From: Alphaproteobacteria bacterium
GTDB lineage: Bacteria > Pseudomonadota > Alphaproteobacteria > Micavibrionales > Micavibrionaceae
Reading direction: 5' to 3'
Assembly (NCBI GenBank): GCA_052387095.1
Contig: JBQTJN010000044.1
Coordinates: 310 to 64,309, forward strand
DNA: 64,000 bases
Of this stretch, positions 38,460 to 49,999 are shown one piece after another. The number at the start of each line of letters is the position of its first letter. Within the stretch, counting starts at the first letter, position 1. The position numbers were made by a program, and so were the translations under genes. The notes beneath the pieces were generated by a model. The model did not search any database and had not been told where the DNA came from. It saw only the letters and a program-made list of their open reading frames with translations.

Positions 38460-38500
38460 ATAACTGAAAACATTGATTTTATGGCCGATTCCATATTTCT

Positions 38501-38528
38501 TGACACCCAAAAACAACAGTGTATAGTG
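38501..38528 (+). promoter_or_regulatory. Candidate sigma-70 promoter of rplU-rpmA (TTGACA-16 nt-TATAGT)
   Basis: A near-consensus -35/-10 pair about 90 nt upstream of rplU. The leader contains a CCCCTG...CAGGGG stem. Confidence 0.5.
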
Positions 38529-38616
38529 CGCCCCTGCTCGAAATAAGCGCTTAAAAGCGGCCTCTCACAGGGGTGTAGTGAGCAAAACGGGATAAACAAA
38601 ACCAGGAAATTGAACG

Positions 38617-38931
38617 ATGTTTGCGGTTATCAAGACGGGCGGAAAACAATACAAAGTCCAAAAGAACGACAAGATCAAGGTTGCGTTGCTTGACGCCAAG
38701 GAAGGCGATACTATAACGCTCGGTGAAGTTCTGTTCTTCAACGACGGCAAAGCCTCCACAATCGGCGCACCGCTCGTTAAGGGCGCCAGCGTGATTGCCA
38801 AGGTCCTGCGCCAGACGCGTGATAAAAAGGTCGTGATCTTCAAGAAGAAGCGCCGCCAGAACTACCGCCGTAAAAACGGCCACCGTCAGGACATTAGCAT
38901 CATCCAGATTACGGACATTAAAGCGGCTTAA
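38617..38931 (+). CDS. rplU: 50S ribosomal protein L21
   Basis: [20 protein letters not shown]...HRQ is canonical L21. Confidence 0.97.
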   Translation: MFAVIKTGGKQYKVQKNDKIKVALLDAKEGDTITLGEVLFFNDGKASTIGAPLVKGASVIAKVLRQTRDKKVVIFKKKRRQNYRRKNGHRQDISIIQITDIKAA

Positions 38932-38959
38932 ATCGCTTAGACATTGTTAGGAGCACAAA

Positions 38960-39250
38960 ATGGCACAGAAAAAAGCAGGCGGCAGTTCCAGAAACGGACG
39001 CGATTCAGCAGGTAGACGCCTCGGTGTTAAACGCTACGGCGGCCAGCACATCCTCGCCGGTAACATCATCGTCCGCCAGCGCGGCACGAAATACCGTCCC
39101 GGCAAGAATGTCGGCATGGGCAAGGACCACACGATTTTCGCCCTTCTCGATGGACAGGTTCTGTTCTCGAAAGGCCCGAACGGCAAACCGGTTGTGAATA
39201 TCGTTCCGGCGAACGGTAACGCCGCCGCGCAACAGCAAGCTGCCGAATAA
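38960..39250 (+). CDS. rpmA: 50S ribosomal protein L27
   Basis: [29 protein letters not shown]...IIVRQRGTK is canonical L27. Confidence 0.97.
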   Translation: MAQKKAGGSSRNGRDSAGRRLGVKRYGGQHILAGNIIVRQRGTKYRPGKNVGMGKDHTIFALLDGQVLFSKGPNGKPVVNIVPANGNAAAQQQAAE

Positions 39251-39261
39251 ATAGAATTCCC

Positions 39262-39336
39262 GAATCTCAGAATCTCAGAATCTCGGAAATGAAGTTATTC
39301 TGAGATTACGAGATTCCGACACTCTGAGATTCCGAC
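39262..39336. repeat. 8-nt tandem repeat (GAATCTCA x3) facing inverted copies (TCTGAGATT, CGAGATTC, TCTGAGATTC), forming a multi-register hairpin between rpmA and obgE
   Basis: The left arm is 39262-39285. Right-arm units are at 39299-39307, 39309-39316 and 39323-39332. There is also a direct repeat GAGATTCCGAC x2 (39310-39320 and 39326-39336). The repeat ends 1 nt before the obgE ATG. Confidence 0.75.
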
Positions 39337-39337
39337 A

Positions 39338-40357
39338 ATGAAATTTCTCGACGAAGCGAAAATCTTTCTCAAAAGTGGCAATGGCGGTCCCGGGTGCGTC
39401 AGCTTCCATCGTGAGAAATTCATTGAAAACGGCGGCCCCGACGGCGGCAATGGCGGCAAAGGCGGCGATGTCATTTTTGAATCGCACACCGACCTCAACA
39501 CCCTGATCGATTTCCGCTACACCCAGCATTACAAGGCGCAGAGCGGCCTTAACGGCATGGGCAAGAACCGCAGCGGCCTCGGCGGCAAGAATGTCATCGT
39601 CAAGGTTCCCGTCGGTACGCAGGTGTTCGACGAAGCGGGTGAAAACCTGCTCGCTGATTTCACCGAAAAAGGCATGCGCATTGTTTTCCTCGAAGGTGGC
39701 GACGGTGGCTTCGGCAATGCCCACTACAAAAGCTCCACCAACCAGGCGCCGCGTAAATTTCTGCCCGGCTGGCCGGGTCAGGAGTTGGCCGTCTGGCTGC
39801 GCCTCAAGCTCATCGCTGATGTTGGATTGATCGGTTTGCCGAATGCCGGCAAATCCACATTCCTGGCGGCTAGCTCCAATGCACGGCCTAAGATCGCCGA
39901 CTATCCTTTTACAACTTTATATCCCGGCCTCGGTGTTGTAAAAATCGGTGACAAGGATTTTGTAATTGCCGATATTCCCGGCCTTATCGAAGGCGCGCAT
40001 GAAGGCCAGGGCCTTGGCGACCGCTTCCTCGCCCACGTTGAACGCACCTCTGTCCTTCTCCATCTGATCGACTGCACGCACGATGATATCGTAAAAGCTT
40101 ACAAAACCATCCGCAACGAACTTAAACAATATGGCGAGGGCGTGGCAGAAAAAGAAGAAATCATCGCACTGAATAAAATCGACGCGCTCGGCGACGAACT
40201 TAGCCAGGATCAGGCAAAAATCCTCTCGAAGGCGATCAAGAAACCGGTTCATGTCATTTCCGCCGTATCGGGGCAGAACATGCGCGAGATGCTGTTCCTG
40301 CTGGCGGAGCGTATAAAAGAGAACAAATATTCACAGGCTGAAAATGAACACGCCTGA
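39338..40357 (+). CDS. obgE: GTPase Obg/CgtA
   Basis: [46 protein letters not shown] and NKID. Confidence 0.96.
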   Translation: MKFLDEAKIFLKSGNGGPGCVSFHREKFIENGGPDGGNGGKGGDVIFESHTDLNTLIDFRYTQHYKAQSGLNGMGKNRSGLGGKNVIVKVPVGTQVFDEAGENLLADFTEKGMRIVFLEGGDGGFGNAHYKSSTNQAPRKFLPGWPGQELAVWLRLKLIADVGLIGLPNAGKSTFLAASSNARPKIADYPFTTLYPGLGVVKIGDKDFVIADIPGLIEGAHEGQGLGDRFLAHVERTSVLLHLIDCTHDDIVKAYKTIRNELKQYGEGVAEKEEIIALNKIDALGDELSQDQAKILSKAIKKPVHVISAVSGQNMREMLFLLAERIKENKYSQAENEHA

Positions 40358-41486
40358 TCTTATTAAGGATGCTGACAGTATCGTTATTAAGATTGGCTCC
40401 GTCCTGATCACCGACAAAAGCCGCGAAAATGTCCGCCAGGACTGGCTTGATGCATTCGCGCTCGATATTCAAGAACTGCATAAGCAGGGCAAGAAAATCA
40501 CCATTGTCTCTTCGGGTGCGATTGCGCTGGGTCGCAAGGCGTTAGGCATCGCGCCGACCATGGCGCCCTCCTCCATCCCGCTTGAAAAGAAGCAAGCCGC
40601 TTCTGCCGTCGGTCAGTTCCATTTGTTCGCTGCCTATTTCAAAAATTTTTCCACGCTGGGCTTGCAGGCCGCGCAGGTCCTGCTCACCATGTCGGAAACG
40701 GAGAATCGCCGCATGCACCTGAACGCGCGCGCAACGCTGGGAGCTCTGCACGATGAAAATATCATCCCCATCATCAATGAAAACGACACGGTTTCAACCG
40801 GCGAAATCCGCTTCGGCGATAATGACCGCCTCGCCGTGCGTGTCGGGCAGATGATCGAGGCTGATCTGGTAATTTTGCTCTCTACAACCGACGGACTCTA
40901 CACCGCCGACCCCATAATTGATAAAAATGCGAAACATCTGCCCCTCATTCAATCCATCGGTAAAGATCATATGGATATGGCGGGCGATGCCGTGCCTGGG
41001 CTTTCCACGGGTGGCATGAAAAGCAAAATCGAGGCGGCGCTCTCCGCCACCCGCTCCGGCCTGGCGCTGGTGATTGCGAAGGGCACGGATAATCACGCGC
41101 TTGAACAGCTCTGCAGCAATACATCCAAACTCTCCACGCTTTTTATAGCGCAGGAAAGCAAGAGCAACGCCCGCAGGCGCTGGATCGAGGCGCATCTCAA
41201 TCCCAAAGGCAGCGTCTTCATTGATGACGGCGCTCTGAAAGCATTGCAGTCAGGCCGTAGCCTGCTCCCCATCGGTGTCAAGAACGCCTCCGGTAATTTC
41301 ACGCGCGGCGATGTCATCACCATCCGCACGATGAACGAGGAAAAAGTTGGAATTGGCATCACAGCCTACAATGCCGAGGACACCAAAAAAATCATGGGAC
41401 TGCGGAGCGATAAAATCGAAAAAATTCTCGGTTATATCGGCCGCGCCGAACTTATCCATCGTAATGACATGGTTTTGAAGAGCTAG
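40344..41486 (+). CDS. proB: Glutamate 5-kinase (with PUA domain)
   Basis: [25 protein letters not shown] and a C-terminal PUA domain (GDVITI). It overlaps the obgE end by 14 nt. Confidence 0.95.
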   Translation: MNTPDLIKDADSIVIKIGSVLITDKSRENVRQDWLDAFALDIQELHKQGKKITIVSSGAIALGRKALGIAPTMAPSSIPLEKKQAASAVGQFHLFAAYFKNFSTLGLQAAQVLLTMSETENRRMHLNARATLGALHDENIIPIINENDTVSTGEIRFGDNDRLAVRVGQMIEADLVILLSTTDGLYTADPIIDKNAKHLPLIQSIGKDHMDMAGDAVPGLSTGGMKSKIEAALSATRSGLALVIAKGTDNHALEQLCSNTSKLSTLFIAQESKSNARRRWIEAHLNPKGSVFIDDGALKALQSGRSLLPIGVKNASGNFTRGDVITIRTMNEEKVGIGITAYNAEDTKKIMGLRSDKIEKILGYIGRAELIHRNDMVLKS

Positions 41487-41490
41487 AACC

Positions 41491-41581
41491 GTCATTGCGA
41501 GGAGCGAAGCGACGCGGCAATCCAGAATGGTTATTGTGGCCTCTGGATCGCCACGCAACCTCGCAGGTTGCCCGCGCTGAC
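41491..41581. repeat. Family-1 palindromic element after proB
   Basis: GTCATTGCGAGGAGCGAAGCGACGCGGCAATCCAG-loop-CTGGATCGCCACG...CCCGCGCTGAC. It fills the gap between the convergent proB and GNAT gene ends. Confidence 0.8.
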
Positions 41582-41583
41582 GG

Positions 41584-42138
41584 TTATTTCTTTCTTACCA
41601 TCTCCCATCCCGCGCGCGTCACTTCCCATTTTTCGGACTCGGCAATCCCATTATGATGAGGCAGATGAGTCATTCCAATAAATACGGCTCCAGTTTTTTC
41701 TTTTACGCGGCGTGAACGCAAATTCGTAATCGCATTAACAACAATAAAACGTTCAATTTCTAATTCAAAAAATATAAAATCATTCGTCGCGGTCACAGCT
41801 TCACTCATATATCCATGACCATGCAAATGTTCCCCCAGCCAGAATCCGCGATTGCCGTTTTGCGGATTGTCATTAATTTCAAATCCGATCAATCCAACAC
41901 ACTCAGGATCACCTTTAATTGTAATGGCCCAGGTATAATTCATGCCCTTCTCAACGGCAGGCACGACCATATCCCTGAGATAGGTTAATGCGCCATCATC
42001 CGGATAAGGCCAGGGTACGATCGTGCTGAGATGCTGGATAATATTCCAGTTATTGAAATATTTCTGGATCGCAGGCGCATCGTGCAGCGTCACAGGGCGT
42101 AAAATCAAACGTTCTGTTTCCAAAACCGGCGTTTTCAT
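41584..42138 (-). CDS. GNAT-family N-acetyltransferase (RimJ/RimL-like)
   Basis: LETERLILRPVTLHDA, GFWLGEHLHGHGYMSEA and N..S.RV.EK.G are typical of the family. Confidence 0.85.
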   Translation of the reverse strand: MKTPVLETERLILRPVTLHDAPAIQKYFNNWNIIQHLSTIVPWPYPDDGALTYLRDMVVPAVEKGMNYTWAITIKGDPECVGLIGFEINDNPQNGNRGFWLGEHLHGHGYMSEAVTATNDFIFFELEIERFIVVNAITNLRSRRVKEKTGAVFIGMTHLPHHNGIAESEKWEVTRAGWEMVRKK

Positions 42139-42152
42139 GCTTTTATTATGCC

Positions 42153-44765
42153 ATGAAAATAGATACCCACAAAACCATCTATCTTAAAGCTTACAAACCC
42201 TACCCGTATGCGCTGGACCATCTTGATCTGAATTTTGACCTGCGCGAGGGCCATACGATTGTCACGGCCAAAAGCACATTTACGAAAAAAGAACACGCGC
42301 CATTATTCCTGAACGGCGAAGGGGTGGTTCTGAAAAAAATTACGCTCAATAGCAAAGAACTATCGGCTTTGAATTACGAACTCACCGATATGGGGCTCAC
42401 TCTTCCCGCGCCGCAGGAAAGTGAATTCACACTTGAAATCGAAACGCTGATCGAACCGGAAAAAAACACCCGCCTTGAAGGGCTTTATATGTCGGGCGGC
42501 AATTACTGCACGCAGTGTGAGGCCGAAGGTTTCCGTCGCATCACCTATTATCCCGACCGTCCGGACGTTCTGGCGACCTTTACAACGCGTATCGAGGCTG
42601 ATGCCGCGAACTACCCCGTCCTGCTGTCCAACGGTAACAAAACCGGGGAAGGAAAGCTCGATAATGGCCGCCACTTCACCGTCTGGACCGACCCGTTTCC
42701 GAAGCCCTGCTACCTCTTCGCCCTGGTCGCCGGCAATCTCACCCAAATTCACGATACCTACACCACCGGTTCCGGCCGCAAGGTTGATATTTATATATAT
42801 GTGCGCCCGGACGATGAAGGCCAATGCGCCCACGCTATGGAATCGCTCAAGAAATCGATGAAATGGGATGAGGATGCATACGGCCTCGAATATGATCTCG
42901 ATCTTTTCAACATCGTCGCCGTCAGTGATTTCAACATGGGCGCGATGGAAAACAAATCGCTCAATATCTTCAACACCGCGCTGGTGCTTGCACATCAGGA
43001 CACCGCCACCGACATCGATTTCTCCCGCGTCGAGAGCGTCATCGCTCATGAATATTTTCACAACTGGAGCGGCAACCGCGTCACCTGCCGTGACTGGTTC
43101 CAGCTCTCGCTGAAGGAAGGGCTTACCGTTTTCCGCGACCAGGAATTCTCCGCCGACCTTAATTCAAGCTCGGCTCAGCGCATCGATGACGTCACACACC
43201 TGCGCCGCATGCAGTTTGTCGAGGATGCCGGCCCTCTCGCTCATCCGATCCGTCCCGACAATTACATCGAGATCAATAATTTCTACACCATGACTGTGTA
43301 TGAAAAGGGCGCGGAAGTCATACGCATGATGCGCACCATTCTTGGTTCCGCAAACTACCGCAAAGGCACGGACCTTTATTTCAAACGCCATGATGGGCAG
43401 GCCGCCACCTGTGATGATTTCGTGAAATGCATGGAGGATGCGAGCCAAGTCGATCTTTCGCATTTCAAACTCTGGTACGAACAGGCCGGAACGCCGGAAA
43501 TAAGTTTCACAGGTAAATATGACGCTGGTAAAAAAACTTACACAGTTGAACTCTCGCAAACAGTGCCGGCGACGCCAAACCAGCCACATAAAAAACCGAT
43601 GTTTATCCCGGTTTCTCTCGGTTTGCTTAACGATAACGGCGATGACATGGATTTAGGGGGCGGTGAAACCACCAAAATCCTTCCTTTCGCCAAAGGCAAA
43701 CAGAATTTCATTTTAGAAAATATTGCTTCAAAACCCGTTCCATCGGTTCTGCGCAATTTTTCTGCTCCCGTGAAATTAAAAACAGATCTTTCCGAGGATG
43801 ATCTCGTATTTCTCATGGTCCACGACAGCGACGGCTTTAATCGTTGGGAAGCCGGACAGACTTACGCGCTCCGCACCATCCATCACATGCTGGATAGCGG
43901 TGAAAGCGCACCGGCAAAATTTATCGCGGCCTATGGTGAGTTGCTGGACCAGGGCGCACTCCCCGATTTTGACAATGCCCTGGCCGCACAGGCGCTTACC
44001 CTCCCCGATATTTCCATGATCGGGCAAAGCCGCAACCTCATAGACCCGGTTGCAATCCACAACACAAAACAAAAACTCGAACTTAGCTTGCTGGGCGCGC
44101 ATAAATCAAAAATCGAGACGCTCTATAAAGCCCGCCGCGGCGATAAAACTTTTTCCGTCACGGCGGAGGCCATGGGGAAACGTGCTTTGTGCAATACCGT
44201 TCTGCGCCTGCTTTGTCTGCCAAAAGACAGCTCAACCGCCGCGCTCGCGAAGCAACATTATCAATCCGCCAATAACATGACCGACCGTGTCGCTGCGCTT
44301 GCTTGCCTCGCGCACATGGACGAACCGGAACGCGCGGAAATCTTCACCGCCTTCTACAAACAATTCAAAGATTATATGCTGGTCATCGATAAATGGTTCG
44401 CGCTTCAGGCATCCGCCATCCGGCCGACTATTATAAACGACCTCATATCCCTGCGCGCTCACCCGGATTTCAATATCCGCAATCCGAATCGAGTACGTTC
44501 GCTCTATGCCTCCTTCGCCATGAATAACCCTGTTTCCTTCCACAATGCAGATGGCTCCGGCTATGAATTCCTGACGAACGCCGTGATTGAACTGAATATG
44601 ATAAACCCCCAGATCGCCTCGCGTCTGCTGACTCCCATGCGTGACTGGCGGAATTATACTCCGGACCGGCAGGAAAAAATGAAGGCGTGCTTGCAAAAAA
44701 TTCTGGGGACGCCGAAACTATCCCCTGATGTGTTTGAAATCGCCAGCAAGAGCCTGAAAACCTGA
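42153..44765 (+). CDS. pepN: Aminopeptidase N
   Basis: GAMENKSLNIF, HEYFHNWSGNRVTCRDWFQLSLKEGLTVF (HEXXH-18-E), at ~870 aa. Confidence 0.96.
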   Translation: MKIDTHKTIYLKAYKPYPYALDHLDLNFDLREGHTIVTAKSTFTKKEHAPLFLNGEGVVLKKITLNSKELSALNYELTDMGLTLPAPQESEFTLEIETLIEPEKNTRLEGLYMSGGNYCTQCEAEGFRRITYYPDRPDVLATFTTRIEADAANYPVLLSNGNKTGEGKLDNGRHFTVWTDPFPKPCYLFALVAGNLTQIHDTYTTGSGRKVDIYIYVRPDDEGQCAHAMESLKKSMKWDEDAYGLEYDLDLFNIVAVSDFNMGAMENKSLNIFNTALVLAHQDTATDIDFSRVESVIAHEYFHNWSGNRVTCRDWFQLSLKEGLTVFRDQEFSADLNSSSAQRIDDVTHLRRMQFVEDAGPLAHPIRPDNYIEINNFYTMTVYEKGAEVIRMMRTILGSANYRKGTDLYFKRHDGQAATCDDFVKCMEDASQVDLSHFKLWYEQAGTPEISFTGKYDAGKKTYTVELSQTVPATPNQPHKKPMFIPVSLGLLNDNGDDMDLGGGETTKILPFAKGKQNFILENIASKPVPSVLRNFSAPVKLKTDLSEDDLVFLMVHDSDGFNRWEAGQTYALRTIHHMLDSGESAPAKFIAAYGELLDQGALPDFDNALAAQALTLPDISMIGQSRNLIDPVAIHNTKQKLELSLLGAHKSKIETLYKARRGDKTFSVTAEAMGKRALCNTVLRLLCLPKDSSTAALAKQHYQSANNMTDRVAALACLAHMDEPERAEIFTAFYKQFKDYMLVIDKWFALQASAIRPTIINDLISLRAHPDFNIRNPNRVRSLYASFAMNNPVSFHNADGSGYEFLTNAVIELNMINPQIASRLLTPMRDWRNYTPDRQEKMKACLQKILGTPKLSPDVFEIASKSLKT

Positions 44766-44780
44766 CCGCGGAGAAATAAC

Positions 44781-46157
44781 ATGACCGAAACGCATATCTT
44801 TATTCTCGCCAGCCTCGATATTTATTTTCTTGCCATGATCGCCATCGGTTATTTCGCCTCGCGAAAAGAAAGCGCTAATGCTTATATTATTGGCAATCGC
44901 GATGTCGGCCATTTTCGTACCATGGGCTCTCTCGCTGCCAATTTCCGCGATGGTGCCGGCATCGTATTCTGGGTAGGCGCAGGCCTGACTATGGGCTATG
45001 GTGGCTTATGGATGGCTTACGGGGCGATTGTCGGGCTTTTGTTTTTCTCCTTTGCCGGCCCGCGTATCCGCGAAATAGGTCTGGAAAAGAATTACATCAC
45101 GATTGGTCAGGTCATCCGCGATAATATCGGCCTGATGACACGGAAACTCACCGCGGTCGTTATTGTGGTTTTCACCATGATGCTGGTGGCCATGCAGCTT
45201 TACGTGTCCGGCAACGTTATCGCCCGCATTCTTCACCTGGAAGCGTGGATTGGTATTTGCAGCGTTGCTGCGGTCGTGGGCTGCTATCTTTACTGGGGTG
45301 GCTACGGCAACGTGATTAAAACAGAGGGCATACAATGCATCTTGATTGTGTCCCTGATCGCCATTCCTTTGTTTCTTCCGCCGACATGGGAACAGGTGCT
45401 GGATTTCGGCAGCTCGACCTCAATGGGTCTGAAAGACAGTATCGCCTTTTTTCTGATCGGGTTGTTTTATCCTGTGACATGCGCCGACGCCTGGCAACGC
45501 GTCTTCTCCGCGCGCGACGGCAAAGTCATCCAATACGCCTTCCCGGCCAGTGGTGTGATTTTTCTTGTCATGACTCTCTCGCTGATTTTCCTCGGCTTCG
45601 GCGCAAAGCATATTCTGTCGCCCGGTACGGAAGCTAACGATGTTTTCTTCGCGTTATTTGAAGGAAATGTGATTTCAGCCGCCCTGCAATCTTTTATCGC
45701 CATCGTCGCCATGGCCATCACCATGTCGACCATGAGCAGCGGCAGCTACCTTACGGCCTCCACCATCTGCAAGGACATCCTGCCCGAGCAAACCACCACG
45801 GATAGCACACGCTATATAAAACTGATGCGCCTGCTAATGCCGGGCATCCTGGCATCCATGAGCATAGTAGCTATCGGTATTGGCGATGTCGTCCAGTTCC
45901 TCTTTAATGCCGCCAGTTTGCTATTCCTGGTCGCGCCGATTTACGTGGCCGCCGTTTTGGGAAAAATATGTTCCCGGAAAATGGATAAAATGCTGGCATT
46001 TTTCACCACCATTTCCATCGCCTGCTATATTTACATGTTTGCAAGCGGGGCGTTCGAAAACCTGATCCTCATTTTCGTCCCGACGGCGATGAATATTGTA
46101 TTTACGCTAGTGGTTTGCTCCTTGTGTAGAAACGAAGAAATATTTCATGCCGCCTAA
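44781..46157 (+). CDS. Sodium:solute symporter (SSS) family transporter
   Basis: About 12-13 TM segments. The N-terminal layout (FLAMIAIGYFASRK...YIIGNRDVG) is typical of SSS. The substrate is unknown. Confidence 0.7.
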   Translation: MTETHIFILASLDIYFLAMIAIGYFASRKESANAYIIGNRDVGHFRTMGSLAANFRDGAGIVFWVGAGLTMGYGGLWMAYGAIVGLLFFSFAGPRIREIGLEKNYITIGQVIRDNIGLMTRKLTAVVIVVFTMMLVAMQLYVSGNVIARILHLEAWIGICSVAAVVGCYLYWGGYGNVIKTEGIQCILIVSLIAIPLFLPPTWEQVLDFGSSTSMGLKDSIAFFLIGLFYPVTCADAWQRVFSARDGKVIQYAFPASGVIFLVMTLSLIFLGFGAKHILSPGTEANDVFFALFEGNVISAALQSFIAIVAMAITMSTMSSGSYLTASTICKDILPEQTTTDSTRYIKLMRLLMPGILASMSIVAIGIGDVVQFLFNAASLLFLVAPIYVAAVLGKICSRKMDKMLAFFTTISIACYIYMFASGAFENLILIFVPTAMNIVFTLVVCSLCRNEEIFHAA

Positions 46158-46797
46158 AAAGCCCAATTTCGCATTTGAAAAAACTTTCGACGGCCTCGTC
46201 TGCGGTCTCGACGAAGTCGGGCGCGCCCCGCTCGCCGGGCCGGTTGTCGCGGCCTGCGTTTATATCCCGCAATCCAAAATACATGAATCCGTCTGGATCG
46301 AAGTTAACGACAGCAAAATGGTGGCAGCAAAAAAACGTGAGATCTTGGCGCACGAAATCAAACTCCACGCTTGTTGGGCGATCGCCGAGGCGTCGCACGA
46401 CGAAGTCGAAACCTTCAATATCGTGCAGGCTTCTTTTCTTGCCATGCGGCGCGCCTACGGAGATATGTGCAAAAATTTCGGCGTGAACATGGATCTTGCG
46501 CTGATCGACGGGCATTTGACGCCCCGCTTTCCCTGCCCTACGCAATCCATCATCAAGGGCGACAGTAAATCTGTTTCCATAGCGGCCGCCTCGATTATTG
46601 CCAAGACCTACCGTGACGGACTGATGCAAAACCTGGCACGGGAATACCCGCATTACGGCTGGGAAACCAACGCCGGCTATCCTACCAGGAAGCACCTGGA
46701 AGGTATTAACACCCACGGCCTGAGCCCGCTGCACCGCAAGAGTTTCGCCCCCGTGCGCAATTTTCTTACAAATGGCTGCGTTTATAAGGCCGCTTAA
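46147..46797 (+). CDS. rnhB: Ribonuclease HII
   Basis: GLDEVGRAPLAGPVVAA, DSK and AASIIAK are canonical RNase HII. Confidence 0.95.
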   Translation: MPPKKPNFAFEKTFDGLVCGLDEVGRAPLAGPVVAACVYIPQSKIHESVWIEVNDSKMVAAKKREILAHEIKLHACWAIAEASHDEVETFNIVQASFLAMRRAYGDMCKNFGVNMDLALIDGHLTPRFPCPTQSIIKGDSKSVSIAAASIIAKTYRDGLMQNLAREYPHYGWETNAGYPTRKHLEGINTHGLSPLHRKSFAPVRNFLTNGCVYKAA

Positions 46798-48002
<1,205 letters not shown>

Positions 48003-48059
48003 CCGGAGGTCCCGTTTTATGGGACCGCAGGCACGACTTTGAAAAGAGCGGCAAGCTGA

Positions 48060-48863
48060 TCAGCGCTGGAAGCGCTCTTCATGCAGCAGCACGGTTAATT
48101 CAGGATCAGCAAAAACTTTGATCCCGTCGAGTACACCCAAAATCTGCGCTGCTTTTCGTGTTCCCTCGTTGCCATAAATGTACTCCGCGGCTTTAGGCGC
48201 GATCATGTGAATCTGCATGACGATATACGCATTTCTCAAATCATAAAGCCGATCCGGCGTTTGATTTTTCGGTTTCAGCGCATTAAAAGGAATCATTTTT
48301 TGATTGATGTAAGTCTCGGCGGTTTCAGGTTGAACTTTGATAGCGAACAGCGAAAATGGCTGGCTCAGATCAACAATAAGTATGCGCGGATATCCTTCCA
48401 GTTCAATAGGTCTCCCGGCATGATTCTGGTCGCATATAACCTCGTCGATATTATTGGAATAAAATTCAAACCGCGTTGTCGGTTGAATTTTATATTTATC
48501 CAGCACTTCGAATGACTGGGTTTTCAGATCATATTGACCAAGCCGGAGCGGCTGGGCAAATTCAAAATGGACGGGGAAGCCGCCAACATCATTTTTAACC
48601 TGCGATCGTGTTAGCTCGCGTATTTCCTGCCATTTGAATTCATTGTGAAAAAATTCCTGGTAAACATTGCATTTGTTTATGATTACAAAATTATCGATAT
48701 GTGTGTCGTTGTTCGCATCCAGAAAAGACAGCGCCCAGTAAAGTTTTGAAAGATTTTCTATGCGCGGCGGCTCGTAGTGCGCCAGTACAGCGCTTTTTTC
48801 CGCCGCCCGCGCGGAGGCAAAGCACATAATGACGGGCAATATTAAAAGCAGATATTTCATCAT
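48060..48863 (-). CDS. Hypothetical secreted protein
   Basis: Signal peptide MMKYLLLILPVIMCFASARAAE. I recognise no catalytic motif. The start overlaps the mutY stop (ATGA). Confidence 0.6.
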   Translation of the reverse strand: MMKYLLLILPVIMCFASARAAEKSAVLAHYEPPRIENLSKLYWALSFLDANNDTHIDNFVIINKCNVYQEFFHNEFKWQEIRELTRSQVKNDVGGFPVHFEFAQPLRLGQYDLKTQSFEVLDKYKIQPTTRFEFYSNNIDEVICDQNHAGRPIELEGYPRILIVDLSQPFSLFAIKVQPETAETYINQKMIPFNALKPKNQTPDRLYDLRNAYIVMQIHMIAPKAAEYIYGNEGTRKAAQILGVLDGIKVFADPELTVLLHEERFQR

Positions 48864-49966
48864 TTGATTATACCTTCACGATTGTAAAGTTTGAATGCTT
48901 TTTTGAAAAGAGACGGAAAACCCACATTTTTTAACGCCCCCGCTTCGACCCATTTATACCCCGCCGGTGCTTTAAACCCTTTTGCGGCACGCGCTTTTTT
49001 TAATGTGAGCTCCAGCTCGAAATGTGTAAATACATGACGCACCACGGCGTTTCTGCCGGCGGTTTCCATTTTGAAAGATTGGAGCGCGATTGGCGGTTTT
49101 ATAGCCTTTCCAGCTTTATCCCACGAAGAGGTCGGGAACCCCGGCATCCCGCCGAGCAACCCGCGCGCCGGACGTTCCTCGATCAAAACGCGGTTCTTGC
49201 TGTCGCTGACCCAGTAAACATGCCCTGCCTTTTTCGGCCTCGCTTTTTTAGCTGCGCGCGCCGGCAGTTTATCCTGGATGTTTTGCCCGCGCGCTTCGCA
49301 AGTCTGGTTGAGTGGGCACAGACTGCAGCGCGGCTTGCCGGGAATGCAGATTGCGGCCCCGAGATCCATCATCGCCTGCGCAAGATCGCCCGGCCGCTCT
49401 TCATAATTTTCAAAAAACCCCGCTGCCAGCGATTTCAGAACCGGTTTAGCTCCCGGCAAAGGCTCACGCACGGCGAAATACCGTGCCATCACGCGCTCGA
49501 TATTCCCGTCCATCACTGTCGCCGGTTTGTCGAAAGCAATCGTGCGGATCGCTGCGCTCGTATAATCGCCGATGCCGGGCAGCTTTTTCAGCGCCTCCTG
49601 CTCTTCTGGAAAAATACCTTTCAGGTCTTTGCTGACGATTTTCGCGCATGCATGCAGATTTCTCGCCCGCGCGTAATATCCAAGTCCCGCCCACGCGCTC
49701 ATTACATCGGGGGCCTTCGCACACGCCAGCGCATGCACATCCGGCCATTTTTGCAGGAACTTCATATAATGAGGCGCAACAGCCGTGACCGTCGTTTGCT
49801 GAAGCATGATCTCCGAGAGCCAGACATGATAGGCTTTCGCGCGTTTGCCCGCTTTGGCCCGCCACGGTAAATCCCGCCGGTGACGGTCATACCAGGAGAG
49901 AATAGCCTGCCGGAAGACATCCGAGTCCCCGGCTTTGAGTTTAAGGTTGCGTTTTGCCTTGGTCAT
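48860..49966 (-). CDS. mutY: A/G-specific adenine DNA glycosylase
   Basis: WLSEIMLQQT, HhH GIGDYTSAAI, a 4Fe-4S Cys cluster (CIPGKPRCSLCPLNQTC) and a C-terminal NUDIX-like domain. Confidence 0.93.
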   Translation of the reverse strand: MTKAKRNLKLKAGDSDVFRQAILSWYDRHRRDLPWRAKAGKRAKAYHVWLSEIMLQQTTVTAVAPHYMKFLQKWPDVHALACAKAPDVMSAWAGLGYYARARNLHACAKIVSKDLKGIFPEEQEALKKLPGIGDYTSAAIRTIAFDKPATVMDGNIERVMARYFAVREPLPGAKPVLKSLAAGFFENYEERPGDLAQAMMDLGAAICIPGKPRCSLCPLNQTCEARGQNIQDKLPARAAKKARPKKAGHVYWVSDSKNRVLIEERPARGLLGGMPGFPTSSWDKAGKAIKPPIALQSFKMETAGRNAVVRHVFTHFELELTLKKARAAKGFKAPAGYKWVEAGALKNVGFPSLFKKAFKLYNREGIIK

Positions 49967-49999
49967 TCTTAACTTTATACGGGAAAAAGGGAGAAAACC

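Noticed and set aside
39262-39336. Whether the short repeats between rpmA and obgE are a CRISPR array.
   Set aside because: The units are only 8-11 nt, directly abutting or inverted. There are no unique spacers and no cas genes nearby.
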